Of a stretch of DNA of 64,000 nt, positions 29,532 through 39,605 are shown in pieces. The stretch covers positions 7,325 through 71,324 of the IMG/VR virus record IMGVR_UViG_3300037245_002727. One strand, 5' to 3'. The first letter of the stretch is position 1. Each line of letters opens with the position of its first letter. The notes under the pieces are model-generated. The model saw nothing but the letters and a program-made list of their open reading frames with translations, was not told where the DNA came from and searched no databases. The position numbers and the translations under genes were made by a program. The DNA comes from a virus.

Positions 29532-29978
29532 ATGACTCAAACTCAATTGAACAATTTAGTTTTGGCTGCAAACAATCTACCAATAGGCGTCTTGAGTCAA
29601 GCCCAGATCAATCAATTGGTGAAGTCAAATGGTAACATGAAGAACTTGAACCCTGGAGATGCAGCGGTATCAATCGCTGACGACGATATTGCTGCCGATG
29701 CTGCCGATGACGCTTATGACTCTGGCGATACAGATTTTGCTACAGAGGGCATTGAAGTCGGAGCGTGGATTGCTGTCGCTGGTTTCACTACAGGAGCAAA
29801 CAACGGAACCAAGAAAGTACTCGTGGTGTCCGATGCTACCTGTGAAGTGGATGGAGATCTTACAAATGAAGCAGTTGGGGATGATGTAACAATCTCTTGC
29901 GAAGTTCCGCGAAGACATATTTCCAACGTGAGACATTTGGTTGATTCAAATATCAAGGCAAGTAATTTGCCGAGTTAA
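29532..29978 (+). CDS. Putative structural protein sharing a domain with the tail tube proteins
   Basis: DFATEGIEVGAWIAVAGFTTGANNG matches inserts in both tail-tube proteins. Confidence 0.65.
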   Translation: MTQTQLNNLVLAANNLPIGVLSQAQINQLVKSNGNMKNLNPGDAAVSIADDDIAADAADDAYDSGDTDFATEGIEVGAWIAVAGFTTGANNGTKKVLVVSDATCEVDGDLTNEAVGDDVTISCEVPRRHISNVRHLVDSNIKASNLPS

Positions 29979-30066
29979 CTATATCTATATGGCAAGAGAG
30001 AAGTATTATTATTATTAATCTATTAAATATGTAATGCGGAGAGTACTTCGCGGAGAGGTGGCAAGT

Positions 30067-30903
30067 ATGCCTTGGAAAAAGGATGACAATGACGGAATCG
30101 TCATTGGTGAAAGTGGTAATCCGGTTTTTGTTTACCCGGATGGAAATGAAGTGGACTTCGACGCAGATCGGCAAGTAGTAAAGATTCGTGAGTTAACGGA
30201 AAAGGCATCCAAAAGGAAGACTTCTTTGGATACCGCAAATGGTTCGTTGTCTTTACTCACTGAAGCCGGTATAGATGTCGAAGATAATGAGTCAATTAAG
30301 ACTTACATTAAAGCGGCCAAAACGAATGCTGACACTGTGAAGAACTATGATGATAAAGACATGGTGGCTGCGGATGAAGTTCAGAAGATCAAGGATGAGG
30401 AAGCCAAAAGGTATACTGATCAAATCGCTGCGAATGACCGGAAGTACAAAACGGCCATTGAGACAAAGGATGCTTTACTTGTAGCGAAAGATGCCTCCAT
30501 CCATAAGAGCATTGTTCGGAATGCTTTCTTGACTTCTGACTTTGTTAAAAACAAAACGTCCTATCCGACGGCCGAAATTGCCTACCGAGATTTGCAAGGC
30601 AAGTTCATTGTTGAAGAAGTGGATGGCGAAGCAGTAGCATTCGGCATTGATCGAGATGGAGATAAACTTCACTCGCTCAAAGACCCGACTGACTACGCTG
30701 GCGCTCATGAAGCAATCGAAATTATTATCACCAATCATCCGCAGAAAGAAGCATTACTTCTTGCTGAAGGCACTGGGACCGGCGCTGAAGCTGGCAAGAA
30801 GAAAACACTCGCCAGCACAAAGATAGTCCAACATGCCGACAAAGAAGCATTTGGTGTAAACATCGAAAAGATTGCATCAGGTGAAGTAAGAGTTCAATTG
30901 TAG
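30067..30903 (+). CDS. Capsid scaffolding protein (DUF6651-like)
   Basis: MPWKKD..G....G.PVFV..DG.E..FD N-terminus; coiled coil; directly upstream of the capsid gene. Confidence 0.75.
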   Translation: MPWKKDDNDGIVIGESGNPVFVYPDGNEVDFDADRQVVKIRELTEKASKRKTSLDTANGSLSLLTEAGIDVEDNESIKTYIKAAKTNADTVKNYDDKDMVAADEVQKIKDEEAKRYTDQIAANDRKYKTAIETKDALLVAKDASIHKSIVRNAFLTSDFVKNKTSYPTAEIAYRDLQGKFIVEEVDGEAVAFGIDRDGDKLHSLKDPTDYAGAHEAIEIIITNHPQKEALLLAEGTGTGAEAGKKKTLASTKIVQHADKEAFGVNIEKIASGEVRVQL

Positions 30904-31031
30904 ATATCTCATCTTTTAACTTAACGCTTATAAACAGTTTTGTTTGCCTCCTGAAGTGGCAGGAGAGATAACGACAGTTTGTCTTCTGCTTTTTTTACTA
31001 TAACTTTAACTACTTTCAGGAGGTAATTCAA

Positions 31032-32165
31032 ATGGCTAACACGTTAACTGAAGTAATCCCGCAGATCCTTGCTCAAGGCTTGATGGCGCTTCGCGGCGCT
31101 TGCGTTATGCCACAACTTGTCAACCGAAGTTATGGCAATGATGCCAAAGCCAAAGGCGAAACCGTTGATGTTCCCATTCCGTCTGCTGTCGCTGCTCAGG
31201 CAGTGGTTCCGGCGGCCACGCCACAAAGTACTCCTAATTTGGTGCCGACTTCTGCTGCTTTGAAACTGGATCAATGGTATGAGGCACCTTTTCATATCAC
31301 TGATAAAGAGAGATCCATGGCAATGGAAGGTATCATTCCCATGCAAGCAAGTGAAGCAATCAAAGCAATTGCTCGACAAGTCAATGCTCACATCTTCTCC
31401 AAGTTCTACCTGGTCGGCGGTTTTTCCGGAACACCTGGGACCACGCCGTTTGCGACCACGACGGCCGATGCGACCGATGCTCGGAAGGTATTGAATCTTC
31501 AACTCGCGCCCATGGAAGATCGGCGCTTTGTTCTCGATCCTGACGCAGAAGCAAATGCACTTAACTTACGAGCATTTCAAGACTATTCCTGGTCAGGTTC
31601 CCTCGACGCTATTCGTGATGGCAAACTGAATCAAAAACTCGGTTTCAATTGGTTTATGGATCAGCAAGCACCGAACCAAACCAAAGGAACGGAAGACGGT
31701 AACTACACCACCGATGCTTCAGGGTATGCGGTTGGCGTGAAGACGTTGACTACCATCACTGGCTCTGGAACTATTCTGGCTGGCGATACCTTTACCATTG
31801 CTGGAGATACAATGACTTACTCTTGTACTTCCAACATGACCGCTCCCGGTGCTCTCGCTTTCTCTCCTGGATTGTTTCAAGTAATTGCAGCGGGTGCAGC
31901 CGCGATTACCGTTAAAGGGGTGTCGGGTACTACCTATCCGCAGTCACTTGCCTTTCATCGAGATTGCTTTGCTTTCGCATCGCGCCCGTTAATCGACGAA
32001 ACTGATGGACTGGGAAATATCATTACTTCCGCTGTTGATCCTGTATCCGGCCTCGCTTTGCGCCTTGAGGTATCTCGCGAGCACAAGAGGACTCGTTGGT
32101 CTTTTGACTTGCTGTGGGGTAGTCAATGCGTTCGCCCCGAACTCGGTTGCCGCCTGTGGGGATAA
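31032..32165 (+). CDS. Major capsid protein (P22 coat-like)
   Basis: MANTLT...; KGETVDVP, LAFHRDCFAFASRPL and FDLLWG...RPEL motifs. Confidence 0.88.
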   Translation: MANTLTEVIPQILAQGLMALRGACVMPQLVNRSYGNDAKAKGETVDVPIPSAVAAQAVVPAATPQSTPNLVPTSAALKLDQWYEAPFHITDKERSMAMEGIIPMQASEAIKAIARQVNAHIFSKFYLVGGFSGTPGTTPFATTTADATDARKVLNLQLAPMEDRRFVLDPDAEANALNLRAFQDYSWSGSLDAIRDGKLNQKLGFNWFMDQQAPNQTKGTEDGNYTTDASGYAVGVKTLTTITGSGTILAGDTFTIAGDTMTYSCTSNMTAPGALAFSPGLFQVIAAGAAAITVKGVSGTTYPQSLAFHRDCFAFASRPLIDETDGLGNIITSAVDPVSGLALRLEVSREHKRTRWSFDLLWGSQCVRPELGCRLWG

Positions 32166-32213
32166 GCTCCCACATCATCTGATGAGTGAAGTATAACTCG
32201 TTGGATTCGCCAA

Positions 32214-32279
32214 AGAGCGAAGTTGATCCTCTCCATCCTTGCCGGGTCATGGTGCAGTGGTTGGCTTCGCTTTTTTTTT
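32214..32279 (+). terminator. Intrinsic terminator after the capsid gene
   Basis: GCGAAGTTGA...TTGGCTTCGC followed by T9. Confidence 0.6.
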
Positions 32280-32306
32280 GTTAACTTTAACTCGTTAGGA
32301 GGAAAT

Positions 32307-32519
32307 ATGAAATTCATGGGAAGACCTTGTCCAACAGTTGTTATTGTAAGCGCAATAACTGGCAAACCGGTTAAGATTAATAAGTCCGATTACGATGCCA
32401 AACCGGATAAGTATGAATTATTCGTCGAAGAAGTAAAAGCTACTCCGGCCAAAGATGCAGTCAAAACCGAAGAAGAAAATACTTCTTTAAAACGGAGAGT
32501 GAAGAAAACCGGACGATAA
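32307..32519 (+). CDS. Small protein after the capsid gene
   Basis: SD AGGAGG; INKSDYD motif. Confidence 0.6.
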   Translation: MKFMGRPCPTVVIVSAITGKPVKINKSDYDAKPDKYELFVEEVKATPAKDAVKTEEENTSLKRRVKKTGR

Positions 32520-32696
32520 CTAGGGAGTCAAATCTCTAATGATTGGTCAGTGCAATGAAAGATATATTTCGTGGAGTGATTTTTAGTGTAGCAGCTATCA
32601 TGGTGATTTTAACTTATGTCTTTTTTGCACTTCCGATTATTATGTTTGATTATTATTCTTGTAAAAAATAATATTTTAATAAATTGGAGGATTATT

Positions 32697-33110
32697 ATGA
32701 AAAGATTACTACTTATACTTATTACTTTTTTGTTTTTATTTTCTACTGTAACCATTGCTGACGCTGTTTCTAGTAACAAGACTTTAAAGTTTGCTTGGGA
32801 GCAAATCATCCCTTCAGACATGGGAGGGTGGACCATGCATTATGGCTTGAATCAAGGTGGCCCTTATGTAATGACTGTAGACATTCCTTATGATACATGC
32901 AATATGACTACTAGTCCTCCGGAGTGTGCAGCGCCAGTACCTATAATAATGATTGTAGGAGGTGGGGAAGCAACCTACTATTTCGTGCTCGATGCCTATG
33001 ACTTATCCGGCAATTACTCAGATCTAAGTAATGAGGTTAGTCAGGCGTTGGATTTTTTGCCACCGGGTGTCCCAACGGAGTTCACTGTAGTAATACCATT
33101 GGGGCAATAA
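32697..33110 (+). CDS. Secreted Fn3-like protein
   Basis: Signal peptide; W...GW..HYG...G.Y...YYFVL.AYD.SGN.S..SNEV. Confidence 0.65.
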   Translation: MKRLLLILITFLFLFSTVTIADAVSSNKTLKFAWEQIIPSDMGGWTMHYGLNQGGPYVMTVDIPYDTCNMTTSPPECAAPVPIIMIVGGGEATYYFVLDAYDLSGNYSDLSNEVSQALDFLPPGVPTEFTVVIPLGQ

Positions 33111-33145
33111 TACTTTTACTACTAAATTAAAAGGGAGAAAATGAG

Positions 33146-33487
33146 ATGGCACGACCCAGAATATTTGACTATGACTCTGAATCAGACGAGGAAGTTGTGA
33201 TGTCCGGGGTTGAAGGTGCTCAATTAACCTGGATCGGTATTAATCCAATTACTACGCCTGGGGGTAAAGAACCCTTTATGCACATGGTTTTTGTTGAGGG
33301 TGTGTTGAATCAGGTTGGTGATGCGATTGAGACTATCACAAAGAAAAGTCCTCAGATAAATTTGGAGGGCCAGGAATTTACAGATTTTTATCTGGCTAAT
33401 AAAGCAGTTATTGATGATTTGGTACGGGCAGTTTATATTGCTGTAGCGAGCAAAACTGGTAAAACTGGAGCAATTATAGAGAGCTAA
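33146..33487 (+). CDS. Hypothetical structural-region protein
   Basis: SD; in the structural operon. Confidence 0.65.
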   Translation: MARPRIFDYDSESDEEVVMSGVEGAQLTWIGINPITTPGGKEPFMHMVFVEGVLNQVGDAIETITKKSPQINLEGQEFTDFYLANKAVIDDLVRAVYIAVASKTGKTGAIIES

Positions 33488-33488
33488 A

Positions 33489-35807
33489 ATGGCTGTTGCA
33501 CTCAATCATGATGAAGTCGTACAGATAACTCTAAGTGCTACAGGTTCGTGGGAGCGCAGGGACCTGGATAGTGATTTTGTCTTACCTGCTGGCACGACTG
33601 GAGTGATGCTTGTATTTCTTAATTCGAGCGGTGATACTCATGCAATAGGAGTACGCGAGCACGATAATAGTAATTTTACATCTATAAGAGACCTAAGGAC
33701 GGGAGCCAGGGCAAGTTGTTACGTTAAATGTGATGCAAATCATGAAGTAGACATTTATCGTGAAAATAGTGAAATGACTGTCTTCTTAATTGGTTATTTT
33801 ACTACTGACGCAACTTGGTTATCATCTCCAGTTGGTGTTCATCCCGGAGGTAGTGGATCATGGACTGACATACCTTTGTCCGATTTCACTGAAGGCGGTG
33901 AATTATTTGCAATCTTAGAGATTGGTACTGGTACTGGCGATTATATAAACTTCAGGTATAAAGGAGCAGCCGACGATAGAACAGATAGTAGATCTTCTGG
34001 TCATTTTTGGATCATCGTTCCTTTAGATGGTTCTGATATAATTGAAGTCAATCCAGAGAGTTCAAGTGCTTGGATTGATCTTGTTGGATTCATAAATGCT
34101 GGTACTATTCGAACTACCGGAGGATCAGATCTTTTTAATGGTTTAGCTACAGGTTCGTATGTAGATATTACGTTACCCGACGCCGGAAAAGAGATTGCAA
34201 TTTTAGAACCGTTTTCTACGTCTGACTATCAGTTTGACCTTCGTCCTAATGGAGGAACAAGTTGGCCTGATCTCTATCGTACCAACAGAGAACACAGTGG
34301 AACGCATATAGTACAAATTGATGGTAGCAATCTTGCGGAAGCAAAAATATCAAATGGTGGTCTTGAGGTTTACTGTTGGGGTTATCTTGAGGCCGTAGGC
34401 GCTGGCGGCGGGTCAACATTACTATTTCCTTCAAGTGTTTCTGCGGACAGTTTAAGTAGTGATGCGAGTATTAATGTTTTACGAAAAGTTATCTCATCAA
34501 TCGTTAGTGATAGTTTAACTTTAGATGCTAAATTAAATATACTCCGAAGAGTCATTTCATCAACTCTTGGAAATAGTTTAAGTAGTGAAGCTAGTATTAA
34601 TGTTTTGAGAAGAGTCATTTCATCAACTCTTGGAAATAGTTTAAGTAGTGAAGCTAGTATTAATGTTTTACGAAAAGTTATTTCATCAACTCTTGGAAAT
34701 AGTTTAACTAGTGATGCTAATTTAAGCATTGCAGAAATCATAGCCTTTGTCTCATCTATGTTTGGCGATAGTTTAAGTAGTGAAGCCAATGTTGATATTT
34801 TAAGGAAAATAACTTCGTCAACTCTTGGTGATAGTTTAACAAGTGAAGCTAGTATTAATGTTTTACGAAAAGTTATTTCATCAACTCTTGGTGATAGTTT
34901 AACAAGTGAAGCCAGTATTAATATTTTGAGAAGAGTTATTTCATCAACTCTTGGAAATAGCTTAACTTCTGATGCTAGTCTTGTTTGGGCAAAGTTTTTT
35001 ATTTCAAATATGTCTGGAGACAGTTTGACTTCAGATGCTAAATTAAATATACTTCGAAAGGTTATTACTTCAGTTATCGGGGATAGTTTAACTAGTGATG
35101 CTAATTTAAGCATTGCAGGACTTAAAGTTTTTATTTCATCTATGCTTGGTGATAGTTTAACTGCTGAAGCTGATTTTAATATACTTCGTAAAATTGTATC
35201 AAGTATATCTGGAGACAGTTTAACTTCAGATGCTAAATTGATTCAATTGATTTCTTTTGTATCAAGTATATCTGGGGATTCTGAAACCAGTGAATCAAGT
35301 TTGCAAGTACTCCGTTTGTTTATCTCAAATATTGGTGGAGATACAATTACTTCTGACGCTGCTCTCAAAGTCTTAAGATTAATTGTTTCATCTGCTTCTG
35401 GGGATTCGTTAACATCGGATGCAACTGTTTTACTAGGTGCATTAAAAACATTCGTTTCTTTAATGTCTGGTAGCTCTGAAACGACTAACATACAACTAGC
35501 AGTAATTCGATTAATTAACTCTTCTATTGGTGGAGATACAATTACTTCTGACGCTGCTCTCAAAGTCTTAAGATTGATTGCCACTAGTGTTAGTGGAGAT
35601 AGCTTAACTTCAGATGATGTTCGTATAATATTGATAATAATAGGTTTGATTTCTAACCCTGCAATTTCAGATGAAAGTAAAGTATTTGCTATCTCTGACG
35701 AAAGCATTGCTTTTGGGATTAGCGACAAATCACTTGCTTTAGGAATTAGCGACAAATCACTTGCTTTAGGAATTACGGAAGTTGATAACCAACTTGAGAT
35801 AACTTAG
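33489..35807 (+). CDS. Repeat-rich putative virion fibre/decoration protein
   Basis: Beta-rich N-terminal region, then many 22-24-aa repeats (ISSTLGNSLSSEASINVLRRV). Confidence 0.7.
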   Translation: MAVALNHDEVVQITLSATGSWERRDLDSDFVLPAGTTGVMLVFLNSSGDTHAIGVREHDNSNFTSIRDLRTGARASCYVKCDANHEVDIYRENSEMTVFLIGYFTTDATWLSSPVGVHPGGSGSWTDIPLSDFTEGGELFAILEIGTGTGDYINFRYKGAADDRTDSRSSGHFWIIVPLDGSDIIEVNPESSSAWIDLVGFINAGTIRTTGGSDLFNGLATGSYVDITLPDAGKEIAILEPFSTSDYQFDLRPNGGTSWPDLYRTNREHSGTHIVQIDGSNLAEAKISNGGLEVYCWGYLEAVGAGGGSTLLFPSSVSADSLSSDASINVLRKVISSIVSDSLTLDAKLNILRRVISSTLGNSLSSEASINVLRRVISSTLGNSLSSEASINVLRKVISSTLGNSLTSDANLSIAEIIAFVSSMFGDSLSSEANVDILRKITSSTLGDSLTSEASINVLRKVISSTLGDSLTSEASINILRRVISSTLGNSLTSDASLVWAKFFISNMSGDSLTSDAKLNILRKVITSVIGDSLTSDANLSIAGLKVFISSMLGDSLTAEADFNILRKIVSSISGDSLTSDAKLIQLISFVSSISGDSETSESSLQVLRLFISNIGGDTITSDAALKVLRLIVSSASGDSLTSDATVLLGALKTFVSLMSGSSETTNIQLAVIRLINSSIGGDTITSDAALKVLRLIATSVSGDSLTSDDVRIILIIIGLISNPAISDESKVFAISDESIAFGISDKSLALGISDKSLALGITEVDNQLEIT

Positions 35808-35826
35808 TTTATAAGGAGAAAAAGAA

Positions 35827-36672
35827 ATGGGATCAATATCACAATTTGTAGAAGGGACAGTATTAGATCATACCTTTAATGGAGCAGGTGTAGCTTATAC
35901 TCCTCCAAGTGAAATCTTTCTTGGTTTGAGTACTGCTGATGCGACAAATAACGCTTCGGGGATTGCTGAACCTGCGGGTGGAAGTTATGCTAGGATTGCG
36001 ATTACTTTCGATGCCGCTGCTGCTCGCGCAATTGCAAATGTTATTGCTAACTTTGCTGAGGCTACTGGGGCATGGGGCTTAATAAGTGATTGGTTTATTG
36101 CTGACCACATTTCAAATGTTACTTTTGGATCAAACGTTGAAATGCTTGCTTTCGGTGCCTTTAGCGAGTCGAAGTCAATTGTCTCCGGTAATAGCCCAAC
36201 TATCCCGGCTGGAGATATAGATATCTCATTTAAAACCCTTGCGACTAAAGGAACTAATGAAAATATTTCAGATTACCTTGCGAACAAACTACTTGATTTC
36301 GTTTTCCGGAATCAGGCTTTTGTTCAACCTGATACCTTCATGGGATATGCTACGACTATACTTGCTGACAATACAACTGGTAGTACTGTTGTCGATCCTT
36401 CCGGAAATAACTACTCAAGGAAGCAAGTTAATGAAAACGGAGGTAGTTCTCCAACATGGAATTTACAATCTTCACAATTGGTTGACAATGCTCACGATAT
36501 TGATATGCCTACACCTTCAGGTTCATGGGGAACACTAGTTAGTCAATTTATTGCCGATGATCTAAGTGCGGGGAATATACTTTGTTATGATAATGGTGTT
36601 GACGATCAACTAGTTGGAACTGACGATACAGTTAGAGCAGAAGCCGGAGCGTGTGACATTGCAATGACTTAA
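35827..36672 (+). CDS. Phage structural protein with an internally duplicated domain
   Basis: Two copies of IS....LD..F.....P...F.G..T....G....P.G..Y.R.......WG.....FIAD. Confidence 0.7.
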   Translation: MGSISQFVEGTVLDHTFNGAGVAYTPPSEIFLGLSTADATNNASGIAEPAGGSYARIAITFDAAAARAIANVIANFAEATGAWGLISDWFIADHISNVTFGSNVEMLAFGAFSESKSIVSGNSPTIPAGDIDISFKTLATKGTNENISDYLANKLLDFVFRNQAFVQPDTFMGYATTILADNTTGSTVVDPSGNNYSRKQVNENGGSSPTWNLQSSQLVDNAHDIDMPTPSGSWGTLVSQFIADDLSAGNILCYDNGVDDQLVGTDDTVRAEAGACDIAMT

Positions 36673-36687
36673 TAGGAGGGAAGTAAA

Positions 36688-36996
36688 ATGCTAACGTTTT
36701 TTCAAGGATATGATAATGTTCAAATAGTTGAATTAACTGAAGATGGCTCAGCTCAGTCATTGTCGGCTGTCACGAAAGTAGAGATTACTTTTGATGGAGT
36801 TACTTATGATTCAGATACAACACCTGGAGCATTTGATTGGGAAACTGTCGAGACTCAGTTAATTTTAAGATGTGGATTACTTCCTAGTATTCCTGTTGCG
36901 AAAGATACAAAAGCAGAAATTGTTACGATTGATCCGAGTAATCCAAATGGTATTGTCTGGGGTAGAGTAGCAATTAAAATTGATGAAGTAAGTTAA
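36688..36996 (+). CDS. Hypothetical structural protein
   Basis: SD AGGAGG. Confidence 0.65.
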   Translation: MLTFFQGYDNVQIVELTEDGSAQSLSAVTKVEITFDGVTYDSDTTPGAFDWETVETQLILRCGLLPSIPVAKDTKAEIVTIDPSNPNGIVWGRVAIKIDEVS

Positions 36997-37012
36997 TCTT
37001 GAAGGAGTAGAA

Positions 37013-37327
37013 ATGATTTATCAACTAGTCATTCAAATCTTTATGGCTTTTTCATTAATTGCTGGTCTTACAATGTTAATTTTTACAATTGGATACAGAA
37101 GTAAACTTCGTAGAATCGAAAGAGCTAACCGATATATTCTAGGAGCATTACTTGTTTATAGTGTAACTATCCGCTTTTTACTTATCTTACCTGTAAATAT
37201 TCCTTACTTCGAATTGACTTCGATTGGTTTTGATTTTTTTTACATCTCTCTTTGTTTATTTTTTAATATTAATATTTTGAAACGAGGTGAAGAATATGAC
37301 GACAGAAAAAACAATCGGAGTAAATAA
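37013..37327 (+). CDS. Membrane protein with about 3 TM segments (holin candidate)
   Basis: Hydrophobic segments; charged C-terminus. Confidence 0.45.
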   Translation: MIYQLVIQIFMAFSLIAGLTMLIFTIGYRSKLRRIERANRYILGALLVYSVTIRFLLILPVNIPYFELTSIGFDFFYISLCLFFNINILKRGEEYDDRKNNRSK

Positions 37328-37790
37328 TACTTTAGTTAAAATTATTGGTTTGATTGGTTCAGTAATTGCTACTTTAGCTTTGTTTGTCGGTGCTGTTATG
37401 TGGATATCTGTTAGTATGGCAGATAACAAAATTCGAATTGAGGGTATCGAAAAAGATCATGTAAAATATGAAAATCTCATTCGTGAAAATAGACAACTTT
37501 TAAATCAACATAGTAAGTTATTAGTTATATTGGAACAGCATGGCAATCGTCTTGAATTGTTGACAAATTTTATGACTCAAGGTGGCCGTTTTACGGCTGA
37601 TGAAGGAAAAGAGATTTCAGATGAAATAGGAAAAGTAAAAGAACGGTTACAGCATTACGCAATTCTCGAAACAGAACTTTCTTGGATAAAAAAGTCAATG
37701 GCGAGAATTGAAAGAGATTTAGCACTTAGATTTGATAGTCTTCAAAAAAAGATTGAAATAAATATAGCAAATAATCATAAGGAGAAGTAG
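37287..37790 (+). CDS. TM plus coiled-coil protein
   Basis: One N-terminal TM segment; heptad repeats. Confidence 0.55.
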   Translation: MKNMTTEKTIGVNNTLVKIIGLIGSVIATLALFVGAVMWISVSMADNKIRIEGIEKDHVKYENLIRENRQLLNQHSKLLVILEQHGNRLELLTNFMTQGGRFTADEGKEISDEIGKVKERLQHYAILETELSWIKKSMARIERDLALRFDSLQKKIEINIANNHKEK

Positions 37791-37792
37791 AA

Positions 37793-38377
37793 ATGCCTAC
37801 AAGCATTGGTGGAATTAAAATACCAGAATTAACTTATCCGGTTTTGACTTCAAGTTCAATTTTCTATATTGATACAGGTTTTCTTGAAGACTATGTCGAG
37901 ATAATGGGACTTGATAGTACTTTTCCAGCAGCTGGAGTTAGTGACGCTGAAAAGCAGTCAGCCGTCTATCGAGCGCAAGTGTATATTGAGTCATTGGTGT
38001 TTCAAGGAGGGAAGACAGAACCGTATAACCAAATACTTCAGTTTCCAAGATATGCGATATATGATAATGATGGAGTACTCATTGACTCCGATCAAACGCC
38101 ATATGATATTTTTAATGCTGTAGCTGAAGGCGCTTATTTGGAGTACAATTCAATTGGAGTACTTCAGCCACAAATTGTTCCAACAAATTTGGCTCCTATT
38201 TCGAATGAAGAGGTATCTGCCGGTTCTGTTTCGACGAAGACTTCTTATGATACGAGTAAAATGTCTCAAGAGGTTTCGCATAAGCTTGGTGGTGATCTTT
38301 ATACTCGACTAGTTAATTATCTTGAAAATTGGCTTGGAGTCACTGGAACAACCTTTATGAAAGTTGCGAGGACTTAG
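37793..38377 (+). CDS. Head-tail adaptor (DnaT-like family)
   Basis: KQ.A..RA..YI...F.G.K....Q.LQFPR...P.DI..A.AE.A pattern. Confidence 0.7.
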   Translation: MPTSIGGIKIPELTYPVLTSSSIFYIDTGFLEDYVEIMGLDSTFPAAGVSDAEKQSAVYRAQVYIESLVFQGGKTEPYNQILQFPRYAIYDNDGVLIDSDQTPYDIFNAVAEGAYLEYNSIGVLQPQIVPTNLAPISNEEVSAGSVSTKTSYDTSKMSQEVSHKLGGDLYTRLVNYLENWLGVTGTTFMKVART

Positions 38378-38379
38378 TC

Positions 38380-38784
38380 ATGGGATTACGAGAGACAATA
38401 CAATTGAAGTTAGCTATTGCTTTCGCCGGACCTTTGGCAGATGCAGTGAAGATATTTGACTTTACTTCTCTTGACAATGAGCCAAGCTATGACCCGGAGA
38501 CAGGTGTCGGGGCAACCGACGTAGTCATTCCTGGCTTATCAGGAGCATTTGTTGACTTTACTGTTAAAGAGATTGTATCGCTTAATAGTGCCTTAACTGA
38601 AGAAGAGAAAGTTAAGCCGACTGATGTGAAGTTAATTGCACTTCAGAATGTCTTGACTACTCAACCAAAGAAAGGTGATAGTGTAACAATCTCTGGAGGG
38701 ATAATATTGAAAGTAATTTCCTGGAAGCAAGACCCGGCGGAAGCGACTTATGAAATTCAGTTAAGGACTATGGCCGATGCCTAA
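38380..38784 (+). CDS. Head closure protein
   Basis: YDPETG...D.KLI.LQ...P..GD...QDPA.ATYEIQLR. Confidence 0.65.
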   Translation: MGLRETIQLKLAIAFAGPLADAVKIFDFTSLDNEPSYDPETGVGATDVVIPGLSGAFVDFTVKEIVSLNSALTEEEKVKPTDVKLIALQNVLTTQPKKGDSVTISGGIILKVISWKQDPAEATYEIQLRTMADA

Positions 38785-39199
38785 TTTAAGCATACCAATT
38801 CCAGATGATTTTGGCGAAATGTCTATAGAAGATTTGGATGACTACATTACTGAGAAGATTGATCAAATAACTCGTAAGCTTATTTTAGATTTGTTTACTC
38901 TTCTTGTAGTCTGGACTCCAGCTGATACAGGTAGGGCGAGAGCTGGTTGGGGAATAGCGAAGCGAAGCCCGTCAACAAGTGAACCCGGAGAAGGAGATTA
39001 CTTTCCAGAGCCAAGACCATCGAGAAATGTTTTCAAACCGAGTGACTTACTTATTTGGTATATTACGAATAATGTCTCATATATAGAAGTACTTGATGAT
39101 GGTAGAAGTATTCGTGATGGGCAGATGCGTGGTTCAGAACAGGCTCCAACTGGAATGACTTCACTTGCTTTACAAGAACTTGAGAGGTCGATGCTATGA
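38777..39199 (+). CDS. HK97 gp10-like tail completion protein
   Basis: TPADTGRARAGW...YITNN..YI..L..G...S.QAP.GM. Confidence 0.75.
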   Translation: MPNLSIPIPDDFGEMSIEDLDDYITEKIDQITRKLILDLFTLLVVWTPADTGRARAGWGIAKRSPSTSEPGEGDYFPEPRPSRNVFKPSDLLIWYITNNVSYIEVLDDGRSIRDGQMRGSEQAPTGMTSLALQELERSML

Positions 39200-39600
39200 C
39201 AATTATTAGTAATCTAAATTTGGATTTGGCAAGATTAGCGATTGAATCTAAACTACAAGATAACTGGAGTGAGACACCTATCGCTTTTCAAGACGTGCCT
39301 TATAAAGTCAATGCTGCCGAAGAGTTTATAGCATTGAACATTTTATGGTCAGGTAGTGAATCAGTAACAATAGTATCAGATGGGCCGGTGAGGGATTGGG
39401 GTATAGTAATGGTCGAAGTATTTGCAATTCCAGATCAAGGGACAGAGCGAGTACTGGAAATTTGTGGAGATGTTCGAGCAGTATTCCAAGAATGGGCTGC
39501 TGGCGGCATTTGCTTCCAGCAAGGTACTGCCAGACGGATAGGAGTCATGGGTGACTTCTTAAAGTATATTGTCGAAATACCCTTTTACTACCAAGGATAA
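39196..39600 (+). CDS. Tail terminator-like protein
   Basis: Gene position; W..TPIAF.....G.V.V.VF.....G pattern. Confidence 0.6.
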   Translation: MTIISNLNLDLARLAIESKLQDNWSETPIAFQDVPYKVNAAEEFIALNILWSGSESVTIVSDGPVRDWGIVMVEVFAIPDQGTERVLEICGDVRAVFQEWAAGGICFQQGTARRIGVMGDFLKYIVEIPFYYQG

Positions 39601-39605
39601 AAGTA

